A stretch of 64,000 nt of DNA. Source: a virus. Its lineage: Duplodnaviria > Heunggongvirae > Uroviricota > Caudoviricetes. The translations under genes were made by a program, and so were the position numbers. Within the stretch, counting starts at the first letter, position 1. Every line of letters begins with the position of its first letter. The stretch is from the IMG/VR virus record IMGVR_UViG_3300006217_002764. One strand, 5' to 3'. The notes below the pieces were generated by a model. It was not told the DNA's origin, did no database searches, and saw only the letters and a program-made list of their open reading frames with translations. This document shows positions 55,476 to 64,000 of this stretch, one piece after another.

Positions 55476-55864
55476 GCTGTCTCCTTGACGGTTGTCGTCG
55501 TGTGTGCTTCGCATCCGTTGCCGCAGCATTCGGAACACATGGGCGTGCCGCATTCGTCGCATTTGTCCACGCACCATCCGCACAGCGTGGCCCCGCATTT
55601 GGCACATTCAGGCAGGGATTCGCCGGTCTTGCATGTGGGGCACAGGCGCGCCCCGCAATGGCCGCATAGGGTGATGCACTCGTTGCAGCACGCGGTGTCG
55701 CAGGTCTCACATGCACGTGTCACTACACAATGGCTGCACATGGGTGTGCCGCATTCCTCGCAGATGGCCGTGTTCTTGGGGCTATAGTAGATCCGCTTCC
55801 CGCATGCGCAGTACGTGGTAGGGGCGTGTGTGCAGGTAATGGGTTCATGCAGTGTGCGAAGCAT
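55472..55864 (-). CDS. Cys-rich protein with about 12 CxxC pairs (repeated zinc-ribbon modules)
   Basis: CACGK..CEECG..CSHC..CETC..CNEC..CGHCG..CPTC..CAKCG..CGWC..CDECG..CSEC. Confidence 0.5.
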   Translation of the reverse strand: MLRTLHEPITCTHAPTTYCACGKRIYYSPKNTAICEECGTPMCSHCVVTRACETCDTACCNECITLCGHCGARLCPTCKTGESLPECAKCGATLCGWCVDKCDECGTPMCSECCGNGCEAHTTTTVKETA

Positions 55865-55880
55865 GGTGTGTTTCCTTCTT

Positions 55881-56108
55881 TCAACGCATGTTCATGCGGC
55901 ATTCGATGATGTCTGTGATGACTGCGCCGATTGGTATGGCGCTTGCGATTAGTAGGGCGAACATGCTGAGTGCAAGCAGGGGGTGTTCGCATGCATTGTT
56001 CCCAAGAAGGATGATGACCGATGCGATTAAGGCTGGCATGGCGAGTGTGGCATGGATGAGGTGCTGTCGCCTTGATTGGATGATCTGTGCATATTTCTTG
56101 GGTGTCAT
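55881..56108 (-). CDS. small membrane protein
   Basis: Two TM helices. Conserved promoter motif at 56123-56155 immediately upstream. Confidence 0.4.
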   Translation of the reverse strand: MTPKKYAQIIQSRRQHLIHATLAMPALIASVIILLGNNACEHPLLALSMFALLIASAIPIGAVITDIIECRMNMR

Positions 56109-56122
56109 GGTCGGACTCCTTG

Positions 56123-56155
56123 GTTTGTGGATAATCTCAGTATAGCACATATGGA
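56123..56155 (-). promoter_or_regulatory. conserved promoter motif
   Basis: ttgtggataatctcagtatagcacatat on the plus strand, a near-identical copy of the 28955 instance. Confidence 0.5.
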
Positions 56156-56244
56156 TTGATGTCATCCACATCGCATGTCGCGCTCTATAAGAATGCCGCC
56201 CCACCTTACAAGAGGCAGATCGGCATTCCCGTCAACTCACCAAA

Positions 56245-59040
56245 TCAGCCATCCAGCGAATCCGAAACGGATTGCGACGAACCGTCACCACCCGTATCAG
56301 TCGCATCTCTCCCAGCATTCTTGTCAGACTGATCGTCATTGACATTCTTGCGATTGCGGCGCAAGCGCAACACGCACGCATACAACACCGCGCCAATCGC
56401 CACCAACGCCCCTGCGAGAGCCGCGACCATACCAGTGTTCACGCCCGTGTTGGCAAGCTGGCCATCCAAAGCCACACCAGAGGATCCCGCGCCCTTGGCC
56501 CCAGCCACCGCATGCACCTTGTACACGGTCTTCACCAGCCCGTCACCACTGGTCACGGTCAACACCGCATCAGCGCCATGCTTGTCCACAGCCACGCTCA
56601 TGCCACTCGCCTTGTCGTACTGGGCGACAACCGTCCACTCGTCCGGGTCGGCGACCTTGACCTCATACTCCAGCTTCTTCGGGTCGAAACCCTCAACGGC
56701 TTTACCGTCCACGCTGATACCATCCAACACAGCCTTGTTCGTAGCCGGTGTCAGATACGTCGCCTTGTAGACGTGCTGCGCGAACGCCTGACCGTTCGGC
56801 GCGAGCACATTGACCGTATACGTGAACGTCATCCCATCACGCGCCACGGTCACCGTGGATGATTGGCCAACCTTCGCCTCATACGAGAACACACCGCCTT
56901 CGGGAATCCGGAACTCAGCTGAGTTCTGCGGCACATACTTACCCGAGGCGTCCACGTATCCCACGGAGGCAAGGTTCGTGTCCGCATCCGAATCCGCTTC
57001 GACGCTTGCTGTCTGCACGATCGGCGTCTTGGGTTGGAAATCGGTCACCGCGGTATGCACCGGACGTGTGACAGTCACCGAATACGTGCGAGACGTCCCA
57101 GAAGCAGTGTCCGTCACAATCCATTCCTGCCGTGTGGATTGTGCGGACTGCACCACATTGCCCGCCTTGACGTTCACCCCATCCGGGGCGATGGGAAGCA
57201 GATACGGTGACTGGTTCGCGTCCTTGAGGGCGATGGTGTAGTCCAGACGGTTCGGATTCCAATCATCGATCAGATCCCCTTTGACGTCCTTGCCGGAATA
57301 GTCCACGTAGATGCCTTCAAGTTTGGCGGGGCTGTCGGCCACAATATCCGCCTTGGCGAAGTTGACACGCACCGTGTACGGGATGCCATTGACTTCGACT
57401 TTGAGGATACGGCTGGCGCCGTCCAACGTGACCGTCGGAGTGCCTACAGTGGCATCCACACCCGCTTGCGTCGCCAATGCGAACGAATCCCCCACCGCCG
57501 ATGCGGGCAGTGTGATCGCGTAATCATGCTTGGCGGGGTTGAAATCCGTGAGCGTGATGGTCTTGGATTCACCCTTCGCGTTTGTCTGGGTGATGGTGAA
57601 CGCGGTGATCGCGTCATTGTAGGCGCGGTCTGCGACCGTCTGCACCCTATAGGATTGTTCACCGATTTTCCCCTCGGCTGTGCCATTCATGCGCAGGAAT
57701 TTGACATCGGCGCCATCAATGGTTTGGGTGATGGTTTCAACCTTGCCGTCCCATGTGATCGGAGCTGTATCGCCGTTGGAGAGTATCACCTTGTCCGTAT
57801 TGGGCTTGTTAGCGGAATCCAGCGTATAGTTCGTGTCCGTCGCTGTGAAGAGCCCATCGTCCCCCTTCGTGAAAGAAGAACCGTCCTTGATGGTGATGGG
57901 AGTCCCGGTGGTGGAGCCTTCCTTGATGTTGCCGAAGATCTGGAACGCGGGATGCTCGCCGTTCGCTTCGGCGGTGTAGCGGATTGTGCCGGTGATGGTA
58001 TCCACACCGAGCTGGTCGCCGGGCTTGGTGGTGACGTACCAGTCATTGCGGTCCAAGGTGACGGTCATGCCGTCGCTGTTGGTCGCGGTCAGGGTCTTCG
58101 GCATCCTGTCGTAGGCGGCGGTGAAGTTTGAGCTCATCGCGCCGCCCTTATACAGGAGGTTCGTTTTTACGCCGTCTGCATCGACGAACGTCCACGTGCC
58201 ATTGGTGTCCTCGGCTTCGGGGTCGTCCGCGGCGGCGTGCAGGATGATTTCGACCTTCTGTCCCGCGATCTCGCCTTTGGCTGTACCGACGGATTTGAGC
58301 AGGTGGCGTCCGTTCTCCACGGCTTTCTGTGGTTCACCCCATGTGACCAGCAGGCTTGGCAGGGTGTCGTAGTGGCCGTTGAATCCTTCACGGTCGGGGT
58401 TGTAGAAGATGACCTTTTCGCAGCTGCCTTGCCACCCGTCGCCGTTCTGGTTTTTGAACATTTCGAATGTGTGCTGGTAGTCGAAGCGGTAGGTGTCGTC
58501 ACCGGCCTTGCGCGTCGCATAGGAAGCACGGTCGAGATTCCAGAATCCGATAGGTTCGGCGTCGTAGGTGGCGTAGGTGATCCTGATGGGCATGCCGTCC
58601 ACGACGCCGGAGAACTGCCGCGAGTTCGCCTTGGTGGTGCCCAGCGGCACAGGGGTGTCCGCGTTGAAGCCACTGGCGGCGAGTTGCACGCGTTTGCTTT
58701 TGGTGCCGTCCTTGTAGGTGACGCTTGCTGTCATGGTGAGATCGTTTTCTCCGAGGATGGGGGTCCGGTAGGCGCGGCCGACCCATGCGCCGTCCTCCCA
58801 TGCCATGTTGTCGCTGGTGCCGATGGCGAAGCTGGTGCCGAAGTTGACGGTGTCGATGTCGATCCGTTTGACGTTCGCGGCCTTGGCGTCCAGTGAACCC
58901 GCATTCGAGGTTGTGGATACGGTCGGCGCCGATGATGGTGCATCCTGTGCGGTGGCGGGCAGCGTCATGCCGCCGGAGAGTGTCGCGGCCGCAATCAGGG
59001 ACGCAATCGTCGTCGTGGTTGTCTTCAATGGTTTGTTCAT
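56245..59040 (-). CDS. giant LAXTG-anchored cell-surface protein (putative adhesin)
   Basis: Signal peptide MNKPLKTTTTTIASLIAAATLSGGMTLPATAQD. C-terminal sorting signal LANTG plus hydrophobic helix plus RLRRNRKN (class-E sortase-type LAxTG). Repetitive beta-rich body. Confidence 0.7.
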   Translation of the reverse strand: MNKPLKTTTTTIASLIAAATLSGGMTLPATAQDAPSSAPTVSTTSNAGSLDAKAANVKRIDIDTVNFGTSFAIGTSDNMAWEDGAWVGRAYRTPILGENDLTMTASVTYKDGTKSKRVQLAASGFNADTPVPLGTTKANSRQFSGVVDGMPIRITYATYDAEPIGFWNLDRASYATRKAGDDTYRFDYQHTFEMFKNQNGDGWQGSCEKVIFYNPDREGFNGHYDTLPSLLVTWGEPQKAVENGRHLLKSVGTAKGEIAGQKVEIILHAAADDPEAEDTNGTWTFVDADGVKTNLLYKGGAMSSNFTAAYDRMPKTLTATNSDGMTVTLDRNDWYVTTKPGDQLGVDTITGTIRYTAEANGEHPAFQIFGNIKEGSTTGTPITIKDGSSFTKGDDGLFTATDTNYTLDSANKPNTDKVILSNGDTAPITWDGKVETITQTIDGADVKFLRMNGTAEGKIGEQSYRVQTVADRAYNDAITAFTITQTNAKGESKTITLTDFNPAKHDYAITLPASAVGDSFALATQAGVDATVGTPTVTLDGASRILKVEVNGIPYTVRVNFAKADIVADSPAKLEGIYVDYSGKDVKGDLIDDWNPNRLDYTIALKDANQSPYLLPIAPDGVNVKAGNVVQSAQSTRQEWIVTDTASGTSRTYSVTVTRPVHTAVTDFQPKTPIVQTASVEADSDADTNLASVGYVDASGKYVPQNSAEFRIPEGGVFSYEAKVGQSSTVTVARDGMTFTYTVNVLAPNGQAFAQHVYKATYLTPATNKAVLDGISVDGKAVEGFDPKKLEYEVKVADPDEWTVVAQYDKASGMSVAVDKHGADAVLTVTSGDGLVKTVYKVHAVAGAKGAGSSGVALDGQLANTGVNTGMVAALAGALVAIGAVLYACVLRLRRNRKNVNDDQSDKNAGRDATDTGGDGSSQSVSDSLDG

Positions 59041-59089
59041 GCTGGGCCTTTCGAATGAGGGCACGCGGATTGTGCGTGCCCTCATCTCT

Positions 59090-59125
59090 CATGGTTTGTG
59101 GACTATTTCAGAATAGCATATATGG
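59090..59125 (-). promoter_or_regulatory. conserved promoter motif
   Basis: ttgtggactatttcagaatagcatatatgggg. Minus-strand promoter for the surface-protein gene. Confidence 0.45.
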
Positions 59126-59136
59126 GGTTAACGGAA

Positions 59137-60522
59137 TCAACGAAGGTCGTGATGTTCGATGATCGCGGCAGCGACATCATCTGCCGTACGCCAAACGTTA
59201 TCATTGTTGTGGTGTTTGGCGGCTTCGCGTACCTGTTCGGCCGTGCGTCGCGCTTGGTCCTTGTTGCCGGTGCGGTAGTCGGCGAACGCCCCTAGGGATG
59301 TGGCGAGCCATCCCGCCCCATGTGTGTCGTCCGCGTTGTTGGCGACACAATCCATGATGGTGGACATCTTCTCAGCATCCTGTTGGCTCCATGTGTCGGT
59401 CTCCGAAGACAGTCGGTGTCGCAACCTTTGCGCCAGACCGGGTTCGTCGCCGCTTCGTGTGGATGTCATGGCGGTGACGACATCCACGGTTTCGGCGGGG
59501 TCATGGTTCAATCCCAATGCGATCGTGGACATGGTGTCCATGTCGGCGGTCGGGTTGGGTGCATCGAGGATCCTGTGTGTGGCGTCCCTCACGTTGGCGG
59601 TGAGTGTGCCGTCATTGCCCGTATAGGCGGATTCGCGCATGCAGATGACATCGTTCAGGTCACGGCCCGCGTATTGCGCGTTGCGTTCGTTCTGCCGGTA
59701 CATGTCAGCAGTGGCCCGGTCCTGTTCGCTCAACAGGGTGTCGGATTCACGCAGATGGTGGTTGCCTCCATCCTCGTAGATATATTGCTCGTATGCGTCT
59801 TCGTTGTTGTTCATGGTGATGATTTGCTTGGGCGACAGGGATTCCACGTTGAGGCCGGGATGACGGCAGGACAGTTCGTATGCGGCCCGCGCGTACACGG
59901 GTTTGCCCGCCCATGCCTGTTCCCATTCGGCATCGCTGACGAACCCGTCGGGTGTGGCGTGCACGTGTTCGCCTGGTTCGAAGTCCATGGATTCGCGGGA
60001 TTGTCCGGCTAATTGTTCGCCGGTCCGTCGGATGTCGGATGCCATGCCTTCGCCGATGGGTTCGTCGAGATCATAGTCGTCTTCTTCGTACTTTTCCGTA
60101 TAGTACGCATAGGTGGGATGCTGGTCGTACGTGTCGGTGTAGATGTCCCCCTCATCGTAGGCGGCTTCGATCTCGTCCGGGGACATTTTCGCCACGTCAT
60201 CGCTGGTGTATCTGCCGTTGTCGGCGAGCATCCACGCCTTCTCCTCCAACGGGTGACCGTCCCATACTTCATCCCAATCCTCTTCGGTGACGTAATCGCC
60301 GAAATCGTTGATCCGGTAGCAACCGCCGATGGGAAGGTCATCCCAGTCCTGTTTGCGTTCGAACAATCCTTCGGCGATGGTGTTCGCATTGTCGATGAAC
60401 TGTTCACCCACAGGCAGACTGTTGGTTGTTGGCGTGGGTACACGCAGTTTGCTGTCCTTGTTCATGTCGATGAACCGTCCGTCCAATCCGCGTGCATGCT
60501 CGTTGGGTTTGAAGTTGCTCAT
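59137..60522 (-). CDS. acidic hypothetical protein (paralog of 60547..61575)
   Basis: Shared N-terminus MSNFKPNEHARGLDGRFID and block KQDWDDLPIGGCYRINDFGDYVTEEDWDEVW. Confidence 0.55.
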   Translation of the reverse strand: MSNFKPNEHARGLDGRFIDMNKDSKLRVPTPTTNSLPVGEQFIDNANTIAEGLFERKQDWDDLPIGGCYRINDFGDYVTEEDWDEVWDGHPLEEKAWMLADNGRYTSDDVAKMSPDEIEAAYDEGDIYTDTYDQHPTYAYYTEKYEEDDYDLDEPIGEGMASDIRRTGEQLAGQSRESMDFEPGEHVHATPDGFVSDAEWEQAWAGKPVYARAAYELSCRHPGLNVESLSPKQIITMNNNEDAYEQYIYEDGGNHHLRESDTLLSEQDRATADMYRQNERNAQYAGRDLNDVICMRESAYTGNDGTLTANVRDATHRILDAPNPTADMDTMSTIALGLNHDPAETVDVVTAMTSTRSGDEPGLAQRLRHRLSSETDTWSQQDAEKMSTIMDCVANNADDTHGAGWLATSLGAFADYRTGNKDQARRTAEQVREAAKHHNNDNVWRTADDVAAAIIEHHDLR

Positions 60523-60546
60523 GGTAGTGTCCTTCCTTGAATGGTG

Positions 60547-61575
60547 TTATTGTTTGTCGTTCAATCGATCCAGCACGGATTGCACGATGTGGCGTGTCTT
60601 CGCGGTGTATGTGTCAGATCGCTTGTCCACGTAATCCAACGCTTCACGTGCTTCCCGCACAGCACGGTGCCTCTCCCCCAATGCGAGATGGCCGACCGCG
60701 GCTTGTGCCATGGCGAGGGATGCTTGATTGTCGTCGTTGTGGCAGTGGTCAGCGACTTGGTTCAATACGGTGATCATGCGTTGCGTGTGCTCACGGTTGA
60801 CACCACGTCCGGATGCTGCACGCTGTACGAGAGTGTCTATGCTGGCTTCCCAATGGTCGGGATAGTGGTCCACGTCCATAGCGGGGATCATCGTGTTCAG
60901 GTTGCGCAGGGATTCGTATTGCGGACTGTAGTCCATGGCTACGCTGAGGGTGCCGATGGCGTCTTTGTCGTCTGTTGGCATAGTTTCCGCCATGAGCCGG
61001 TTGCGGGCCGAGTCGGAAGTGGCGCCACCGCCGAAACCGTTGCGATGCTTGTGTTCGATGACCTGCTCCATGTCCATGCCGGCATAGGCGCGGTTGGCTT
61101 CCTGCATGGCTTTGTCGGCGTCCAGACTCTTGGCGTCCTCAAGGTCGTTCTCATGCTTCTCCGTATAGAATGAGACATCAGGGTTTAAATCATCGTCGTC
61201 GTAGGCGGCTTCGATTTCCCGTGGTGTCATATTCGGCAGGTCTTCAGAGTCGAACCATTCATTTGTCACACCCATCCATGCTTTCATTTCCAGTTCATGA
61301 TCCAGCCACATGCGATCCCAATCGTCTTCGGTGACATAATCACCCCATTCGTTAAGCCGATAGCAGCCGCCAGCCGGCAACTCATCCCAATCCCGTTTAT
61401 GGTCGAACAGTTCTTCAGCGATGCCGTACATGTCCTGCGAGAACCGGTCGCCGACTGGTAGGTCCTGTGGGCGTGGGGGGAAGTGGGACGTTCATCCTAG
61501 GTGTACCGTTTTTGTCAATGAACTGGCCGCCGATTCCCCTTGGGTGATCGCTTGGTTTGAAGCTATTCATGGTGA
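60547..61575 (-). pseudogene. paralog of 59137..60522 interrupted by a frameshift in a G6/C6 homopolymer
   Basis: ATG at 61575 gives MNSFKPSDHPRGIGGQFIDKNGTPRMNVPLP, then a stop. Removing one C from the C6 run (plus-strand gggggg at 61473-61478) restores ...PPRPQDLPVGDRFSQDMYGIAEELF in frame with the 60547..61431 ORF. Confidence 0.5.
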
Positions 61576-61590
61576 TCTTCTTGCCCTTTC

Positions 61591-61893
61591 TTATTGTCTG
61601 GCGTAGCGGCAGTGGGCTCCTTTTCCTCCTCCGTTGGCACAAGATGGACGCTTTCGGGCCCGGGCGGCGTGCAACTGGTTTATTAGGTGGCGAATCCCTT
61701 CACGACCCCAATGTGCCGGAATGGATAGCAGCAATCCACTTGAGACAATCAGACCGGTGACGGTGAGCAATGCTTCGCGCCAATCGACGACCCCATCTTG
61801 GGGCACGACCGCTCCAGCATAGGCGATGGTCAGCAATGCGACCCCGATACTGGTTCCGACGCGCAGAAGGACGGTCCGCCAATTGAGCCGCAT
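61591..61893 (-). CDS. small membrane protein
   Basis: Start MRLNWRTVLL with two TM helices. Palindromic promoter motif upstream at 61908-61960. Confidence 0.4.
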   Translation of the reverse strand: MRLNWRTVLLRVGTSIGVALLTIAYAGAVVPQDGVVDWREALLTVTGLIVSSGLLLSIPAHWGREGIRHLINQLHAARARKRPSCANGGGKGAHCRYARQ

Positions 61894-61981
61894 CTCGTCT
61901 CCATCTATATATGATAATCTGAGGCTATCCACAAATATATGGATAGCCTCAGTATACACATGGAAAAGTCGATTTGGGCCG

Positions 61982-62890
61982 TCAGGCGCTGGCGCCGACC
62001 GCGAACCGTTCCGCCCGATACAGGTCCCCGGCGTCGAACTCGATTTCGGTTGGTTGCTTCGGGTACCCGTGGCGGACCGCATAGCGTGCAGCGGCGTCCA
62101 CCCCTTCACCAAGTCCTTCACGCTCACCTTTTTCACGCATGGCGGCGATCCCGTTGAGTGCTTGACGCAAAGCGTTTTTCGCCATGTCCTCGATGGGGTT
62201 GTCGCGGCTGATGGTGAACGGCTGCCAATCGCATGCACCGGTCTTCTCGAACACCCAGAACTGGCATGCCTTCGGCATGCGGGCTGTGCGTTCGAACAGG
62301 TTGGGGTCGGTCATGGCGACGGCCTGCCGGTAGAACAGCGCTTGGATGTGGTACCCGTATTTGATGGCTTCCCGGTGGAAGTCGTCGGCCGATGCGGATT
62401 GAGCGGTTTTGAAGTCCACGATGTAGTCGGTTCCGCGTGGAATGAGGTCGGGTTTGGCTTTGAGGCGCAGCCCGGTCTTGCGGTCGGTCCAGAAGATTGT
62501 GTTCTCGCACCATCCGTCCGCGATCAGGTCGTAGAGTTCGGGGGTGTCGTCGATGAGGTTCTGTTTCATGCGTTCGAGTTTTTGCATGTCGTCCCAGCTG
62601 ACGATGATTGCGCCGGATTCGAGTTGTTCATCTCTCCATTCCCGGTTGGCTTTCTTGGTGAAGGTCTCACCTTCGGGGAGGGCTACTACGGGGGCGGTGC
62701 CCATGATGTAGGCGTGGAAGGCGGTCCCGAAGCGCATGGCGGACGTGTCCGTATGGGTGCCGGGGTTGAGTCGGCCGTATCCCCATTCGGCGGGGTTGCG
62801 TAGGAATTGTTTGAGTTGGCTTTGGTCTATGGCGGGGTCGGCGAAGTACGTTTCGTCGTCCATGTCTTCATAGTGGGTGGCGTTGGTCAT
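61982..62890 (-). CDS. PD-(D/E)xK nuclease of the Cas4/RecB/YqaJ-like (phage exonuclease) family
   Basis: Motifs DLIPRGTDYIVDFKT (D...(D/E)xK) and YGYHIQALFY (QxxxY). ATG at 62890. The upstream part of the listed 661-aa ORF is antisense to the next gene. Confidence 0.6.
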   Translation of the reverse strand: MTNATHYEDMDDETYFADPAIDQSQLKQFLRNPAEWGYGRLNPGTHTDTSAMRFGTAFHAYIMGTAPVVALPEGETFTKKANREWRDEQLESGAIIVSWDDMQKLERMKQNLIDDTPELYDLIADGWCENTIFWTDRKTGLRLKAKPDLIPRGTDYIVDFKTAQSASADDFHREAIKYGYHIQALFYRQAVAMTDPNLFERTARMPKACQFWVFEKTGACDWQPFTISRDNPIEDMAKNALRQALNGIAAMREKGEREGLGEGVDAAARYAVRHGYPKQPTEIEFDAGDLYRAERFAVGASA

Positions 62891-62907
62891 TATGTTCCTT
62901 ACAGTGG

Positions 62908-62997
62908 TGTTTGTGGACATGTTCAGTATAGCAGTGTTGTGGCGACACGCCCAAATGTCAAAAACGCCAATAAGTGCTATACTGAACATGTCCACAA
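62908..62997. promoter_or_regulatory. divergent pair of conserved promoter motifs forming an inverted repeat
   Basis: ttgtggacatgttcagtatagca ... tgctatactgaacatgtccacaaa, facing the nuclease (minus) and SSB-like (plus) genes. Confidence 0.55.
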
Positions 62998-63019
62998 ACG
63001 CCAAGCCAAGGAGACCAAC

Positions 63020-63907
63020 ATGGAGAGACTCAAGGAAACATTCATCAAAACAGGCATCGCACAACTCGGATATTCCCACCTCTACCAGCCCGGCGTCTAC
63101 AAAGGCAAGGACGACGACAAAAAGAAAGAGGACGACAAGGAGACAACCCCCAAATACGAGGCCACCATGATCCTCGACAAGGTGGAGGACGCCGACACCA
63201 TCGCCCGCCTCAAGAGTGCGCAGGACGAAATCGTCGCAATGCTCAAAAAAGCGAAGAAATGGAGCAAAGAGAAAGCCGTCTATCTGCCATTGGTAGACTG
63301 TGACGAGGCTGAAGCCACACTTGAGGACGGCACCATCGGCACCAAAGCCGACAAGAACCCTCGCCTCAAAGGCAAATGCATGCTCCGTGCCAAAACCCGC
63401 AACCGCGCCCCCGTCTACTATCTGGGCGACGACGAGGTGACCCGTGAACTTCCTACACCGATCATCAACCCCGACGAATCGGACGAGCAGGAAGTCGAAC
63501 GCAGCGAGGAAATCGCACAGCAATGGCGTGACAAGGTGTTCGCCGGACAGAACGCCATCTTGTCGGTCACCCTCTACGACTTCCCCACTAAACTGCCAAG
63601 CGGTCAAGGCGTAGGCGCGGAATTGAACAGTGTGTACATCGTCGGAGGCGGCACTCCATTGGGCACGCTTCGATTCGAGGAGATGTTCACAGACGAGGAC
63701 ATCGCCGACATCGCCGCATGGGTGCGCAAGAACGTGCGTGGCGCCACGCTCAAGGCAGCGGCGAAACACGCCGACAAGGAAGATGTGGCCGTGGACGACG
63801 AGACCGGGGAGATTGAGGAGAAGCCCCACAAGCGTCGTGTGCGCAAGCCTGAACCGGAACCAGAGCCGGAAGAGGATGTGGACGAAGACGACATCGACGC
63901 GTTCTAG
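63020..63907 (+). CDS. phage-type single-strand DNA-binding-like protein with acidic C-terminal tail
   Basis: Acidic C-terminal tail ending EEDVDEDDIDAF (SSB-like aromatic terminus). Lys/Asp-rich flexible segment. Paired with the Cas4-like nuclease, as in phage DUF2800/DUF2815 pairs. Confidence 0.45.
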   Translation: MERLKETFIKTGIAQLGYSHLYQPGVYKGKDDDKKKEDDKETTPKYEATMILDKVEDADTIARLKSAQDEIVAMLKKAKKWSKEKAVYLPLVDCDEAEATLEDGTIGTKADKNPRLKGKCMLRAKTRNRAPVYYLGDDEVTRELPTPIINPDESDEQEVERSEEIAQQWRDKVFAGQNAILSVTLYDFPTKLPSGQGVGAELNSVYIVGGGTPLGTLRFEEMFTDEDIADIAAWVRKNVRGATLKAAAKHADKEDVAVDDETGEIEEKPHKRRVRKPEPEPEPEEDVDEDDIDAF

Positions 63908-63912
63908 TCTAG

Positions 63913-63995
63913 CCTCCCGCTGAACATGCAGAAGGGGAGGGTCTCCCCCCAGGGGGGGAACAGCCACCTTCCCAATTGGTTTTTCGGGTTTTTTG
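63913..63995 (+). terminator. Rho-independent terminator candidates
   Basis: GC hairpin cctccc...ggggagg followed by cccccc-agg-ggggg and a T-rich tail ttggtttttcgggttttttgggg. Confidence 0.45.
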
Positions 63996-64000
63996 GGGTG

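Noticed and set aside
62891-63967. N-terminal two-thirds of the 661-aa ORF 61982..63967 (-)
   Set aside because: This part is antisense to the SSB-like gene 63020..63907 and to the divergent promoter pair. Only the C-terminal 302 codons from ATG 62890, which carry the PD-(D/E)xK motifs, were kept.

Overview
High-GC (about 60%) Gram-positive (actinobacterial-type) DNA that reads as part of a large mobile element, either a conjugative plasmid or an integrated conjugative element (ICE). No chromosomal housekeeping genes are present. The whole window is accessory. The parts I can support are listed below.

- **Partition/maintenance operon at the left edge:** a ParA/MinD-type ATPase with two hypothetical genes.
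- **Gram-positive-style conjugation candidates:** an FtsK/SpoIIIE- or VirD4-like ATPase, a VirB4-like ATPase with a DEAW Walker B motif, several small membrane proteins, a lysozyme-like plus CHAP cell-wall hydrolase, and a LAXTG-anchored giant surface protein.
- **Replicon module:** a Rep-like gene followed by at least 8 copies of a 20-bp iteron (TTTGTCGCGATAGTCCCCAT) and an AT-rich stretch.
- **Three insertion-sequence (IS) transposon elements carrying tnpB genes:** an IS607-type tnpA/tnpB pair, an IS200/IS605 tnpA/tnpB pair with terminal hairpins, and a C-terminally truncated tnpB.
- **Minus-strand tRNA array at about 43.7-45.8 kb:** seven reasonably folded tRNAs (Lys-TTT twice, Trp-CCA, Gln-TTG, Arg-CCG, Arg-TCT and a CAA-anticodon tRNA) plus tRNA-like fragments.
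- **RNA-repair genes elsewhere on the element:** a polynucleotide-kinase/RNA-ligase fusion, a metallophosphoesterase, and a second KxDG RNA ligase.
- **DNA-processing module:** DprA-like, ComF-like phosphoribosyltransferase (PRTase) and ComM-N-terminal-domain genes that share a distinctive promoter/5'UTR palindrome.
- **Addiction and regulatory genes:** a HigB/HigA-type pair, a Panacea-domain protein with an overlapping partner, and several XRE/HTH regulators.
- **Nucleotide and defense-type genes:** an orphan AAA_21-type ATPase and a MazG-like pyrophosphatase in a cluster of Cys-rich zinc-ribbon proteins next to a flotillin.
- **Phage-type recombination pair:** a PD-(D/E)xK Cas4/RecB-like nuclease with an SSB-like acidic-tail protein.
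- **Mini CRISPR-like array:** three 28-nt repeats and two spacers with a promoter and leader.
- **Widely dispersed promoter motif:** an extended -10 (TGCTATACTG) followed by TCCACAAA, seen at least 14 times.
- **Homopolymer G6 frameshift:** it splits one member of a paralogous gene pair.

Product calls rest on motif-level recognition only, because no database search was possible.
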